64,000 nucleotides of DNA. Source: Gemmatimonadota bacterium. Its GTDB lineage: Bacteria; Gemmatimonadota; Gemmatimonadetes; JACCXV01; JAHWKZ01. How positions within the stretch are numbered: position 1 is the first letter of the stretch; every line of letters begins with the position of its first letter. The translations under genes and the position numbers were made by a program. The stretch spans positions 39,923 through 103,922 of the forward strand of contig DATBJO010000090.1 of assembly GCA_036556305.1 (NCBI GenBank), in the 5' to 3' direction. The notes under the pieces are model-generated. The model made no database searches, was not told where the DNA came from, and was given only the letters and a program-made list of their open reading frames with translations. Below, piece after piece: positions 56,858-64,000 of the stretch.

Positions 56858-57226
56858 TTGCCGGTGCTGGAAGTCCTCGAGCAGAGCGCGGGACCCGTTC
56901 TCGTCCTTCGCCTGAGGAGCGGTCGCCAGGGCGGGATCGACCCGACCCGGTTGGCCGAGCGCGCGCGCGAGATCGTGCGCCTGCACGACACCCTCAGGCT
57001 CCTCGTGGTGGTGGACCGGATCGGTTTCCTCGAGGCCGCCTCGTTGCGCTCTCACCTCTCGACCGTCGCCGGACTCGCCGGAGACGTCGAGCGAGTGGCG
57101 ATCGTCGGCGACCAAGGCTGGCTCAAAGGCGTCGTTCGATCGACTCCGAGCGGCCGCACGGAGCTGCGCCTCTTTCCGAGCACGGGGCTGTCCGAAGCGC
57201 GCGCCTGGATCGGGCTGGCCGATTGA
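56858..57226 (+). CDS. STAS/SpoIIAA-like domain protein (DUF3478-like)
   Basis: 122 aa from the TTG directly after the HD stop. Pattern LLVVVDRIGFLEAASLRSHL...ERVAIVGDQGWL resembles the STAS/SEC14-like small-protein family. Low certainty. Confidence 0.4.
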   Translation: MPVLEVLEQSAGPVLVLRLRSGRQGGIDPTRLAERAREIVRLHDTLRLLVVVDRIGFLEAASLRSHLSTVAGLAGDVERVAIVGDQGWLKGVVRSTPSGRTELRLFPSTGLSEARAWIGLAD

Positions 57227-57229
57227 ACC

Positions 57230-59416
57230 TCAGCGGCGCGCGAGATCCTCGCGCGGCTCCGCTCCCGCGGCGATCTGACGCAACCGCTCGGCCGCCATCG
57301 GGTCCCCCCACAGGGAGCGGAAGTAGCGGGCGGCCTGCTCGCCGTCTCCGAGCTCCAGCCAGAGCTCGCCCAGCCACCAGCGGGCCGTGCAGTCGATCAT
57401 CCAGGCCCATTCGCTCGACCCCACGCCGAGCATGCGCTGCGACTCGAGGTCCCTCACCCGCTCGACCGTCAGGTTGTCGCGCGCGCGCGCATACAGGTCG
57501 AGGACGCCCCCCACCATCGAGTGCTCACGCGACCCGTAGCCGTCCCCCTCCTGCCCGATGCGATCTGATTCCTCGAACAGCCTGTCGACCGCATAGCCGA
57601 CGTCGCTCCAGCGCATCTGGTCGACCGCCAGGGCGCCGCCATAGAACCATGTCCCGCCCCACGCGTAGGGATCGTAGATGTTCGTCGCCTCGGCGACGAG
57701 GTCGGCGGGAAGGCCTATCCCCCGCTGACTCGTCCGGTAGGCGGCTTCGGGCCAGAACCCCCGCATGGCGGGATCATCGAGGACGGCCAGCGCCTCGGAG
57801 TGCAGTCCGCGGGAGATGAAGTTGTAGTAGAGGGCCCGCTTCGCCGCGAGACGATCGACGTCGAGCCCGCGTCGCCTGATCTCTTCCAGGACGAGGGCCT
57901 GACGCTCGAGCAGGCCGGGGCCCGACAGCGCGAAGACGAAGCGCCACAGACGGTGAACGGGGACGTTCCCGAGCTCGGACGGACGGCCGCCTTCTCCGAA
58001 CGCGAGCTCGACGAGCGTCCGCTCCTGAGCCAGCATCCTGGGAAGCACCTCGCTGGCCGCCAGCGAATCCACCAGGGCTTCGACCTCCGGACGCGGGGCG
58101 CCGCGGATCAGCGCCACCGGAATCCGCATCAGTCGGGTGGGAGCGAACCCCGGATCGATCGCCGCCGCGCGCGCGATCGTCGATTCGACGCTGTCCGGTT
58201 CGATGAGGAGAGACTCGCCGGCGTACACCTCCGCCTGGGCGAGGAGAAACCAGGCCTGCGGGTCGCCCGGCCGCCGCTCGAGCACGCCGGCGAGCATCGA
58301 GACGCCCTCCAGCATCCCCCACTCGAGCGCGCCGCTGGCGCGCAGCAGTTCGCGGTCGTCCGGGAGGAGACGGTCCGAGTGCGCCATCGCGGCGTCGAAG
58401 CGTTCGAGCGGCGGACCGACCGAGGGACTCTCCCACCTCCGCGCCACCCCCGCCCGGAACAGGGCCATCGCGAACGTGCTGTCCGCCTGCGTGGCGTGAT
58501 CGTACTCGGCGAGCGCGGTGGAGAAGTCCGCGCGGCGAAGAGCGCGCTCGGCTCGCAGGTAGGATTTGAACGCCAGCATGGACGACGTCCGCGCGCGCCG
58601 CGGACTCGTCACCGATTCGTCCCCGTCGTCGGAGACGAGCGCGCGATAGACCTCCATCGCCAGCCGGTCCGACAGACCGGGCAGGTCGGAGGCGGACCCT
58701 TCCACGACGACATGTCCCATCGACTCGCCCCGCCGGGCCTCCAGGATCTCGGACGAGGCGCGCAGTCCCTCGCCGCCCCTCTCCAGTTCGGTGACGACGA
58801 CGAACTGGACGTCCATCTCGCGCCCGAATTTCACGACCGTCTTCGGCTCGACCAGGTCTTCGTCCCACCTTCGCGAGACCAGGTCGTTGCGGATCGTCCG
58901 CAGGTCCTTCACGTCGTTGAGATCCACCGAGAGCTGCCGCGAAAGCGTGTGACCGGGCAGATCCAGCCGCGCTTCCCGACTCGCGACCGGCAGGACAGCG
59001 ACCCGCAGGGAATCTCCGGCGGCCCTCAGCTCCGAGATGTCGAAAGGCGTGTACCCCACTTCCGGGCGCAGCATGCGCCAACCCCACAGGAGCACGGCGA
59101 CTCCGAGCCCGGCGACGGCCACGCGGCCGAACCATCGGTTGGCGAGCACGGCCTGGATGCGGGCCGGCCATTTCCAGCCCGTGCGCTCGCCCACCTCTTG
59201 CCCGGCATAGGCCCAGGCTGCGAACGTCACGATGACGAGGCCCACGACGAGCAGGATCAGCGCGCTTCGGGGGATGGCCTCCGGCCAGCCGAACGTGCGC
59301 ACGGTCTTGTCGATGATCTCGAAGATCCCCCACGCCGTCGCAGAATAGACGGCGACGATGCGGGCAGCGCGCGTCTGCCGGAAACGATCGAAGGTGTTGC
59401 CGCTCATTGCGGCCAT
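57230..59416 (-). CDS. Hypothetical membrane-anchored protein with a TPR-like C-terminal region
   Basis: 728 aa. Two predicted transmembrane helices near the N-terminus (ALILLVVGLVIVTFAAWAYA; VAVAGLGVAVLLWGW), then a large domain rich in alpha-helical repeat-like segments. I recognise no family. Its 3' end is convergent with the STAS gene, 3 nt apart. Confidence 0.55.
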   Translation of the reverse strand: MAAMSGNTFDRFRQTRAARIVAVYSATAWGIFEIIDKTVRTFGWPEAIPRSALILLVVGLVIVTFAAWAYAGQEVGERTGWKWPARIQAVLANRWFGRVAVAGLGVAVLLWGWRMLRPEVGYTPFDISELRAAGDSLRVAVLPVASREARLDLPGHTLSRQLSVDLNDVKDLRTIRNDLVSRRWDEDLVEPKTVVKFGREMDVQFVVVTELERGGEGLRASSEILEARRGESMGHVVVEGSASDLPGLSDRLAMEVYRALVSDDGDESVTSPRRARTSSMLAFKSYLRAERALRRADFSTALAEYDHATQADSTFAMALFRAGVARRWESPSVGPPLERFDAAMAHSDRLLPDDRELLRASGALEWGMLEGVSMLAGVLERRPGDPQAWFLLAQAEVYAGESLLIEPDSVESTIARAAAIDPGFAPTRLMRIPVALIRGAPRPEVEALVDSLAASEVLPRMLAQERTLVELAFGEGGRPSELGNVPVHRLWRFVFALSGPGLLERQALVLEEIRRRGLDVDRLAAKRALYYNFISRGLHSEALAVLDDPAMRGFWPEAAYRTSQRGIGLPADLVAEATNIYDPYAWGGTWFYGGALAVDQMRWSDVGYAVDRLFEESDRIGQEGDGYGSREHSMVGGVLDLYARARDNLTVERVRDLESQRMLGVGSSEWAWMIDCTARWWLGELWLELGDGEQAARYFRSLWGDPMAAERLRQIAAGAEPREDLARR

Positions 59417-59534
59417 TGTACGCCCCGTGCGCGAAACTCGACAAGAAGCCGTAACGCCCCTGACATCGCCCCGTGCCCGACCGGGACTACAATCTATGGG
59501 GTGGACTCGTCGAAGACTTCAAGGAGGAGGCCTG

Positions 59535-60083
59535 ATGCCCGCGAAGAGGCTGACCCACGGTTCCCCGTCCGTCCGGTTCCACCTGTCTGCGATGTGTGCG
59601 GCGGCCTGGCTGATCGCGGTCGTCGCGTGCGGGACCGAACCCGATGAAACACGCCGTGACGGCTCGGATTCGGTGGCGGCCGTCGACATCGACTCGCGTT
59701 CGACCGAGGCGGCTCCCGACGCGTCCGGGGACGCGCCGACGAGACGAGTCCTGAGGGCCGAGCTCGAGGCCCGGGCGGACACCGACGTCACCGGCTCGGT
59801 GCGCCTCAGCCCGGCGAGCGGAGGCACGAGCGTCTCGGTCACGATCCACGGCGCCAACAGCGGGCTGCCGTACGTCGCCGAGCTCGTCGGCGGGTCCTGC
59901 GCGAGCCCCGGATCCGTCATCGCCGAGATCGGGAGGATCACGGCGGGAGATCAGGGCGACGGGGAGTTCCGGGAAGTCGTGGACGGCGACCTGCTCGGGG
60001 ACGAGGGATCCACGCGCGCCGTCCGTGTGCGGGGCGCGGGGGATCCGACCGCGATCGTCGCCTGCGGGAATCTGGCCCCGTAA
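59535..60083 (+). CDS. Lipoprotein of unknown function (weak resemblance to a Cu,Zn-superoxide-dismutase-like beta-sandwich)
   Basis: 182 aa from ATG at 59535, with an AAGGAGGAGG Shine-Dalgarno. Lipobox VVACG after a hydrophobic segment. Segments SVSVTIHGANSG and AIVACGNL faintly recall SodC, but the metal ligands are not evident. Confidence 0.5.
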   Translation: MPAKRLTHGSPSVRFHLSAMCAAAWLIAVVACGTEPDETRRDGSDSVAAVDIDSRSTEAAPDASGDAPTRRVLRAELEARADTDVTGSVRLSPASGGTSVSVTIHGANSGLPYVAELVGGSCASPGSVIAEIGRITAGDQGDGEFREVVDGDLLGDEGSTRAVRVRGAGDPTAIVACGNLAP

Positions 60084-60086
60084 GGC

Positions 60087-61496
60087 CTACTTCAACGAAG
60101 GGTCGCTGAAGCTCTCCAGCTTCTGCTTGATAACCAGCATGAAGTGATCGGCGGTCGCGCCGTCGACCACGCGGTGGTCATAGCTGATCGAGAAATAGGC
60201 GCACGTGCGCACGCCGATCGAGTCGCCCGGCCCCACGACTTTGACGCGCTTCTCGATCGCACCGACTCCCAGGATCGCCACCTGAGGTTGATTGATGATG
60301 GGCGTTCCGGCGAGCGAGCCGAAGACGCCGGGGTTCGTGATCGTGATCGTCCCCCCCTGGACCTCGTCGGGCGAGAGCTTCTTCGTGCGCGCGCGCTCGG
60401 CGAGATCGTTGGCGGCTCGCGCCAGGCCCACCAGCGAGAGCTCGTCGGCGTGCCGGATGACGGGCACGAGCAGCCCGAATCCCCGCTCCTGCTGAAGCGC
60501 GACCGCGATACCGACGTTGATGTCCTTCTTGTAGACGATCTGGTCGTTCCACACCGACGCGTTGAGGACCGGCCACTCATTCACGCCGGCCACCAGCGCT
60601 TTGATGATGAACGGCATGAACGTGAGCTTGACGCCCGAATCCGCCTGGAACCGCTCCTTGTTCCGCCGTCTGAGCTCGTCGACCTGTGTCATGTCGATCT
60701 CGAAGAACGACGTGACGTGGGCCGATGTGCGACGCGAGGCGATCATGTGCTCGGCGATCCGCTGGCGCATGATCGACATCGGCTCGATCTCGATGCGGTC
60801 GCCGTCCGCGAAGGGTCGCGGCATCGCCCCGGCGGCCGCGGGCTCATGACGGCGCTCCGCTGGAGCGCCGGGCGGCGGCCCGGCGACCCCTGCATCCCGT
60901 GGCCTCGCCGCTTCGGGCTCGAGCGGGGGCGCGCTCTCCTGCCCGGCGACATAGGCCAGGATGTCCCGCTTCGTCACCCGCCCCGAGAGGCCGCTGCCCT
61001 CGATCCGCGAGACGTCCACGCCGTGCTCGCGCGCGATGTTCCGGACCAGCGGCGAGGAGCGCGTCCGGCGCAGCTCCTCCTTGGTCGCGAGCCCGCCGGT
61101 CCCGTCGCCATCGCCGGTTCTCGAGGTCGCCCCGGTCGCGTCGGCCATGACGACGTCCGCGGGGGCGGCCGGGGTCGCGGCCGCGACAGCGGCCGGCTCG
61201 GACTTCGAAACCGACGCGGACTTCGGGGCCGGCTCCGTCTTCACGGCCGAGGCTTCGCCCGCCTCCACGATCGTCGCGACGACCGTCCCCACCTCCACCG
61301 TCTGGCCTTCGTGCACCAGGATCTCTCCCAGCGTTCCCGAAGCGGGCGAAGGGATTTCGGCATCCACCTTGTCGGTCGAGATCTCGAACAGGTTCTCGTC
61401 GCGCCGGATGGCCTCGCCCGGCTTCTTCAGCCACTTGACGAGGGTCCCCTCGGCGATGGATTCGCCCATCTGGGGCATGATGACGTCTACAGCCAT
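60087..61496 (-). CDS. Dihydrolipoamide acyltransferase (2-oxoacid dehydrogenase E2 component)
   Basis: 469 aa. N-terminal lipoyl domain (EISTDKVDAEIPSP), a peripheral subunit-binding domain (SPLVRNIAREHGVD) and a C-terminal catalytic domain with DHRVVDG. Confidence 0.9.
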   Translation of the reverse strand: MAVDVIMPQMGESIAEGTLVKWLKKPGEAIRRDENLFEISTDKVDAEIPSPASGTLGEILVHEGQTVEVGTVVATIVEAGEASAVKTEPAPKSASVSKSEPAAVAAATPAAPADVVMADATGATSRTGDGDGTGGLATKEELRRTRSSPLVRNIAREHGVDVSRIEGSGLSGRVTKRDILAYVAGQESAPPLEPEAARPRDAGVAGPPPGAPAERRHEPAAAGAMPRPFADGDRIEIEPMSIMRQRIAEHMIASRRTSAHVTSFFEIDMTQVDELRRRNKERFQADSGVKLTFMPFIIKALVAGVNEWPVLNASVWNDQIVYKKDINVGIAVALQQERGFGLLVPVIRHADELSLVGLARAANDLAERARTKKLSPDEVQGGTITITNPGVFGSLAGTPIINQPQVAILGVGAIEKRVKVVGPGDSIGVRTCAYFSISYDHRVVDGATADHFMLVIKQKLESFSDPSLK

Positions 61497-61587
61497 GATA
61501 TCCTCCGGGATGCGAATCGCTCGATGAAGCCGCGCCGGAAAAGGCTAGCAGTCCCAAGCGGTTTTGGCGAGCCGATCCCGGGGGGCT

Positions 61588-62859
61588 TCACCGGACTGCG
61601 CAAGGCGGAGTGAACGCGGGCGGCGCGACGGGCATCCGGCCGAGATCGAGATGCGGAAAGACCTCGCCCGCTTCGATCCACGGAGGCGTCCGCTCCAGGT
61701 TCGAGGCCACGAAGCCTACCGACTGCGCGTAGGCGGCCGAACCGTGCGTCCCCGCCAGCGTGACGAACGGCTCGAACATCGCGAGGCCGTAGTGCCACCC
61801 GGCGTCCAGGCTGACGATGACGTTCGCCGGATGCGATGTCGGATAGCGAAGTCCTTCGCGCACCCGCCGCGCGAGCTCCGGGTAGTCCCCGGCCGGCCGG
61901 TCGAGCGGATCCCCGGGGCCGGTGTCGTCCACCACCCGGAGTCCGTCGTCGTCGAGCCAGGCCGCGAAGTCGGCGCCCTGCTCCGCGACGATCGCCCGCG
62001 CCACGCCCTCCTCCTCGCCGCAGGTCGTGTAGACCTGAATCGATCCGATCAGGCCGTACGCGGGTGCGACCACGTCCGCGGCGGTCTCGATGCGGTCCGC
62101 GAGGCGGTAGCCGGCGCGCTCGAGGGCGCGATCCAGATCGAAGCGCCGCGACCCCCCGTCGCTCATCCCGTGATCGGAGAAGAGCACGACCCTCCGGTTG
62201 CCCGCGCCTTCGGCGAGCAGGGTCGTCAGAACGTCGTCGATCCGCCTCAGGTGCTCGCGCAGCGCGGCCCACCCCTCCTCGTGACCCAACCCGTCGGTCG
62301 AACCGAGGTAGATGACGAGCTCGGGATCCTCGCTCTCGCGGATGATCTCCGCGGCCTTCATGATCTCGGCCTCCGCCACCCGCCCGGGCACGAGGTAGAC
62401 CATGCCGCCCCATGTCGCGGGCGGCTCCCAGTCGAAGACCTCGTGGAAGGGAGCCATCGCCCGGTAATCGCCCGCGACGCGCTCGCCGAGCCCGCCGCGC
62501 ACTTCGCCGGCGGCGCGGTCGTAGTACTTGTCTTCGTATGCGGCCGACGGGGCCGTCCGCAGGATGGTCGTGAAGCTGACGTCGGTCAGCGAGGGGAAAG
62601 GCGCCAGCATGCGCGAGGCCGGGAAGAACCCGCCAAACCGCCCTTCCCGCTGGAGATCCGCGAAGACGTCGTAGGGGATGCCGTCGATGGCGAGGATGAG
62701 GGTGCGTTCCGGGTCGGAGCCAGGCGCGGGCGCCACGGTCGTGCGCTCGACTCCCCCGTCCGCGCGCAGGATCTCGAACCGGTCGAATCTGCCGTCGCCG
62801 TCCTCGTCGACTCCCCGCGCGGCGCTTCGGTCGTCGTCGAGCGAGGCGCAGCCGAGCAC
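61588..62859 (-). CDS. Type I phosphodiesterase / nucleotide pyrophosphatase family (alkaline-phosphatase superfamily), probable lipoprotein
   Basis: 423 aa from the track GTG. The upstream frame reads SSSSIRPTLATTLLLPAVLGCAS, a near-perfect lipoprotein signal with no canonical start. An ATT at 62898-62896, overlapping the E1-beta TAG stop, would give MRPTLATTLLLPAVLGCAS. Confidence 0.65.
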   Translation of the reverse strand: MLGCASLDDDRSAARGVDEDGDGRFDRFEILRADGGVERTTVAPAPGSDPERTLILAIDGIPYDVFADLQREGRFGGFFPASRMLAPFPSLTDVSFTTILRTAPSAAYEDKYYDRAAGEVRGGLGERVAGDYRAMAPFHEVFDWEPPATWGGMVYLVPGRVAEAEIMKAAEIIRESEDPELVIYLGSTDGLGHEEGWAALREHLRRIDDVLTTLLAEGAGNRRVVLFSDHGMSDGGSRRFDLDRALERAGYRLADRIETAADVVAPAYGLIGSIQVYTTCGEEEGVARAIVAEQGADFAAWLDDDGLRVVDDTGPGDPLDRPAGDYPELARRVREGLRYPTSHPANVIVSLDAGWHYGLAMFEPFVTLAGTHGSAAYAQSVGFVASNLERTPPWIEAGEVFPHLDLGRMPVAPPAFTPPCAVR

Positions 62860-62893
62860 GGCCGGCAGGAGGAGCGTCGTGGCGAGAGTCGGC

Positions 62894-63886
62894 CTAATAC
62901 TCGAGGAGCTTCCGGGTCGCCTCGAGCAGAGCGTCCTTCCCCGGCAGGTAATAGCTCTCGAGCGGCGGACTGTAGGGAACGGGGGTGTCGGGAGCCGTCA
63001 CGCGCACGATCGGCGCGTCGAGGTACTCGAAGGCCTTCTCGGCGATCGTGGCCGCGATCTCCCCTCCGAAGCCCCCGGTCCGCGGCGCTTCGTGCAGGAT
63101 GATGGCCCGGCTCGTCCTGGCGATCGATCGCAGCACCGCCTCCTCGTCGAACGGAACCAGCGTCCGCAGGTCGACGATCTCGACCTCGACCCCTTCCCCG
63201 GCGAGCGCTTCGGCGGCCTCCGCGGCCGTATGCACCATCGCCGCCCAGGTCACGATCGTCAGGTCGCGCCCCTCGCGATGGAGCCGCGCCTTCCCCAGCG
63301 GCACGACGTAATCCTCGGCGGGCAGATCCTCCTTGATCCGCCGATACAGGAACTTGTGCTCCTGGAAGACGATCGGATCGTCGTCCCGGATCGCGGCCTT
63401 GATCAGTCCCTTGGCGTCATACGCCGTCGCCGGGCAGACGACCTTGAGACCGGCCGTGTGCGCGAAGTACGACTCGGCCTGGAGCGAGTGGAACGGTCCG
63501 CCGTGGACGCCTCCGCCCGCCGGGCCGCGGACGACGATCGGCGTGGGCTGTCCCCACCGGTAACGGTTCTTGGCGGCCACGTTCGTCAGCTGATCGAATG
63601 CGCAGCTGATGAAGTCGATGAACTGCATCTCCGCGACCGGCCGCAGACCCATCATCGCCGCGCCGACCGAAGCGCCCACGATCGCGGCCTCCGAAATCGG
63701 CGTGTCGATCACGCGCTCTTCGCCGAAGCGCTCGAGGAAGCCGTCCGTGACCTTGAACGCGCCGCCGTACACGCCGACGTCCTCGCCCATCAGGAAGACG
63801 CGGTCGTCCCCCTCCATCTCCTCCCAGAGTCCCTGGCGGATCGCTTCCAGGTAGGTCGTCGTCCCGCCTCGCTCGGGCGCGCTCAA
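62894..63886 (-). CDS. 2-oxoacid dehydrogenase E1 component beta subunit
   Basis: 330 aa from the TTG at 63886, with a GGGGA Shine-Dalgarno. Transketolase-like beta-subunit blocks (EMQFIDFI, GGxHG-type, KVVCPATAYDAKGLI). Confidence 0.85.
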   Translation of the reverse strand: MSAPERGGTTTYLEAIRQGLWEEMEGDDRVFLMGEDVGVYGGAFKVTDGFLERFGEERVIDTPISEAAIVGASVGAAMMGLRPVAEMQFIDFISCAFDQLTNVAAKNRYRWGQPTPIVVRGPAGGGVHGGPFHSLQAESYFAHTAGLKVVCPATAYDAKGLIKAAIRDDDPIVFQEHKFLYRRIKEDLPAEDYVVPLGKARLHREGRDLTIVTWAAMVHTAAEAAEALAGEGVEVEIVDLRTLVPFDEEAVLRSIARTSRAIILHEAPRTGGFGGEIAATIAEKAFEYLDAPIVRVTAPDTPVPYSPPLESYYLPGKDALLEATRKLLEY

Positions 63887-63902
63887 CGCTGCTCCCCGGC
63901 CG

Positions 63903-64000
63903 TCACTGGCGGAACTTCGCGACCTCGATCGTCGCGCTGCCGTTGATTCCCGTGTAGACGAGCCGCACCGAGTAGGGAGGCATCGTCTCCTCGCCCGCGA
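63903..64000 (-). CDS. 2-oxoacid dehydrogenase E1 alpha subunit, C-terminal fragment; the gene continues beyond the window end
   Basis: The minus-strand frame ends ...VYTGINGSATIEVAKFRQ with a TGA stop at 63905-63903, 16 nt upstream of the E1-beta start. Position and sequence fit an E1-alpha C-terminus. Confidence 0.5.
   Translation of the reverse strand, partial: AGEETMPPYSVRLVYTGINGSATIEVAKFRQ

Overview
This window is about 70% GC and densely coding, with most genes on the minus strand; it looks like a core-genome stretch from a high-GC bacterium. The gap-pgk-tpiA-secG order followed by a tRNA-Leu, plus a UPF0182 membrane protein and YtxH and lmo0937-family genes, is reminiscent of Actinobacteria-related lineages, but that is speculation. 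I found no CRISPR array, no rRNA and no transposase or integrase-like ORF. The track's long ORFs on the strand opposite to well-supported genes are GC-driven artefacts and are rejected below.

Well-supported content:
- an RNA-repair pair, rtcB plus archease, with a Fis-type regulator, next to a hydantoinase/oxoprolinase A/B pair;
- rpsT;
- the gap-pgk-tpiA-secG cluster followed by tRNA-Leu(GAG);
- purB and purE, a 5'-methylthioadenosine/purine nucleoside phosphorylase, and rnc;
- a complete fatty-acid synthesis block, yceD-rpmF-plsX-fabH-fabD-fabG-acpP-fabF;
- ndk and sucCD;
- a DNA-repair operon, mutY-addB-addA;
- an ABC-2 exporter;
- two sets of 2-oxoacid dehydrogenase E1 genes (one fused alpha/beta, one split) with an E2 gene.

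Less ordinary items:
- a 1121-residue adenylyl/guanylyl cyclase-P-loop NTPase (STAND)-TPR protein, translationally coupled to a yjbQ-membrane protein-AlkA-like glycosylase operon;
- a 728-residue membrane-anchored TPR-like protein of unknown function beside a lipoprotein;
- a short lower-GC island carrying an HD phosphohydrolase and a STAS-like protein;
- a PTS EIIA(type 2)-CBS fusion next to sucCD;
- an unannotated 43-residue lmo0937-family membrane protein;
- three genes whose homology-defined N-termini have no canonical start codon;
- a recurrent GTGA/ATGA stop-start overlap that supports one otherwise doubtful small ORF.
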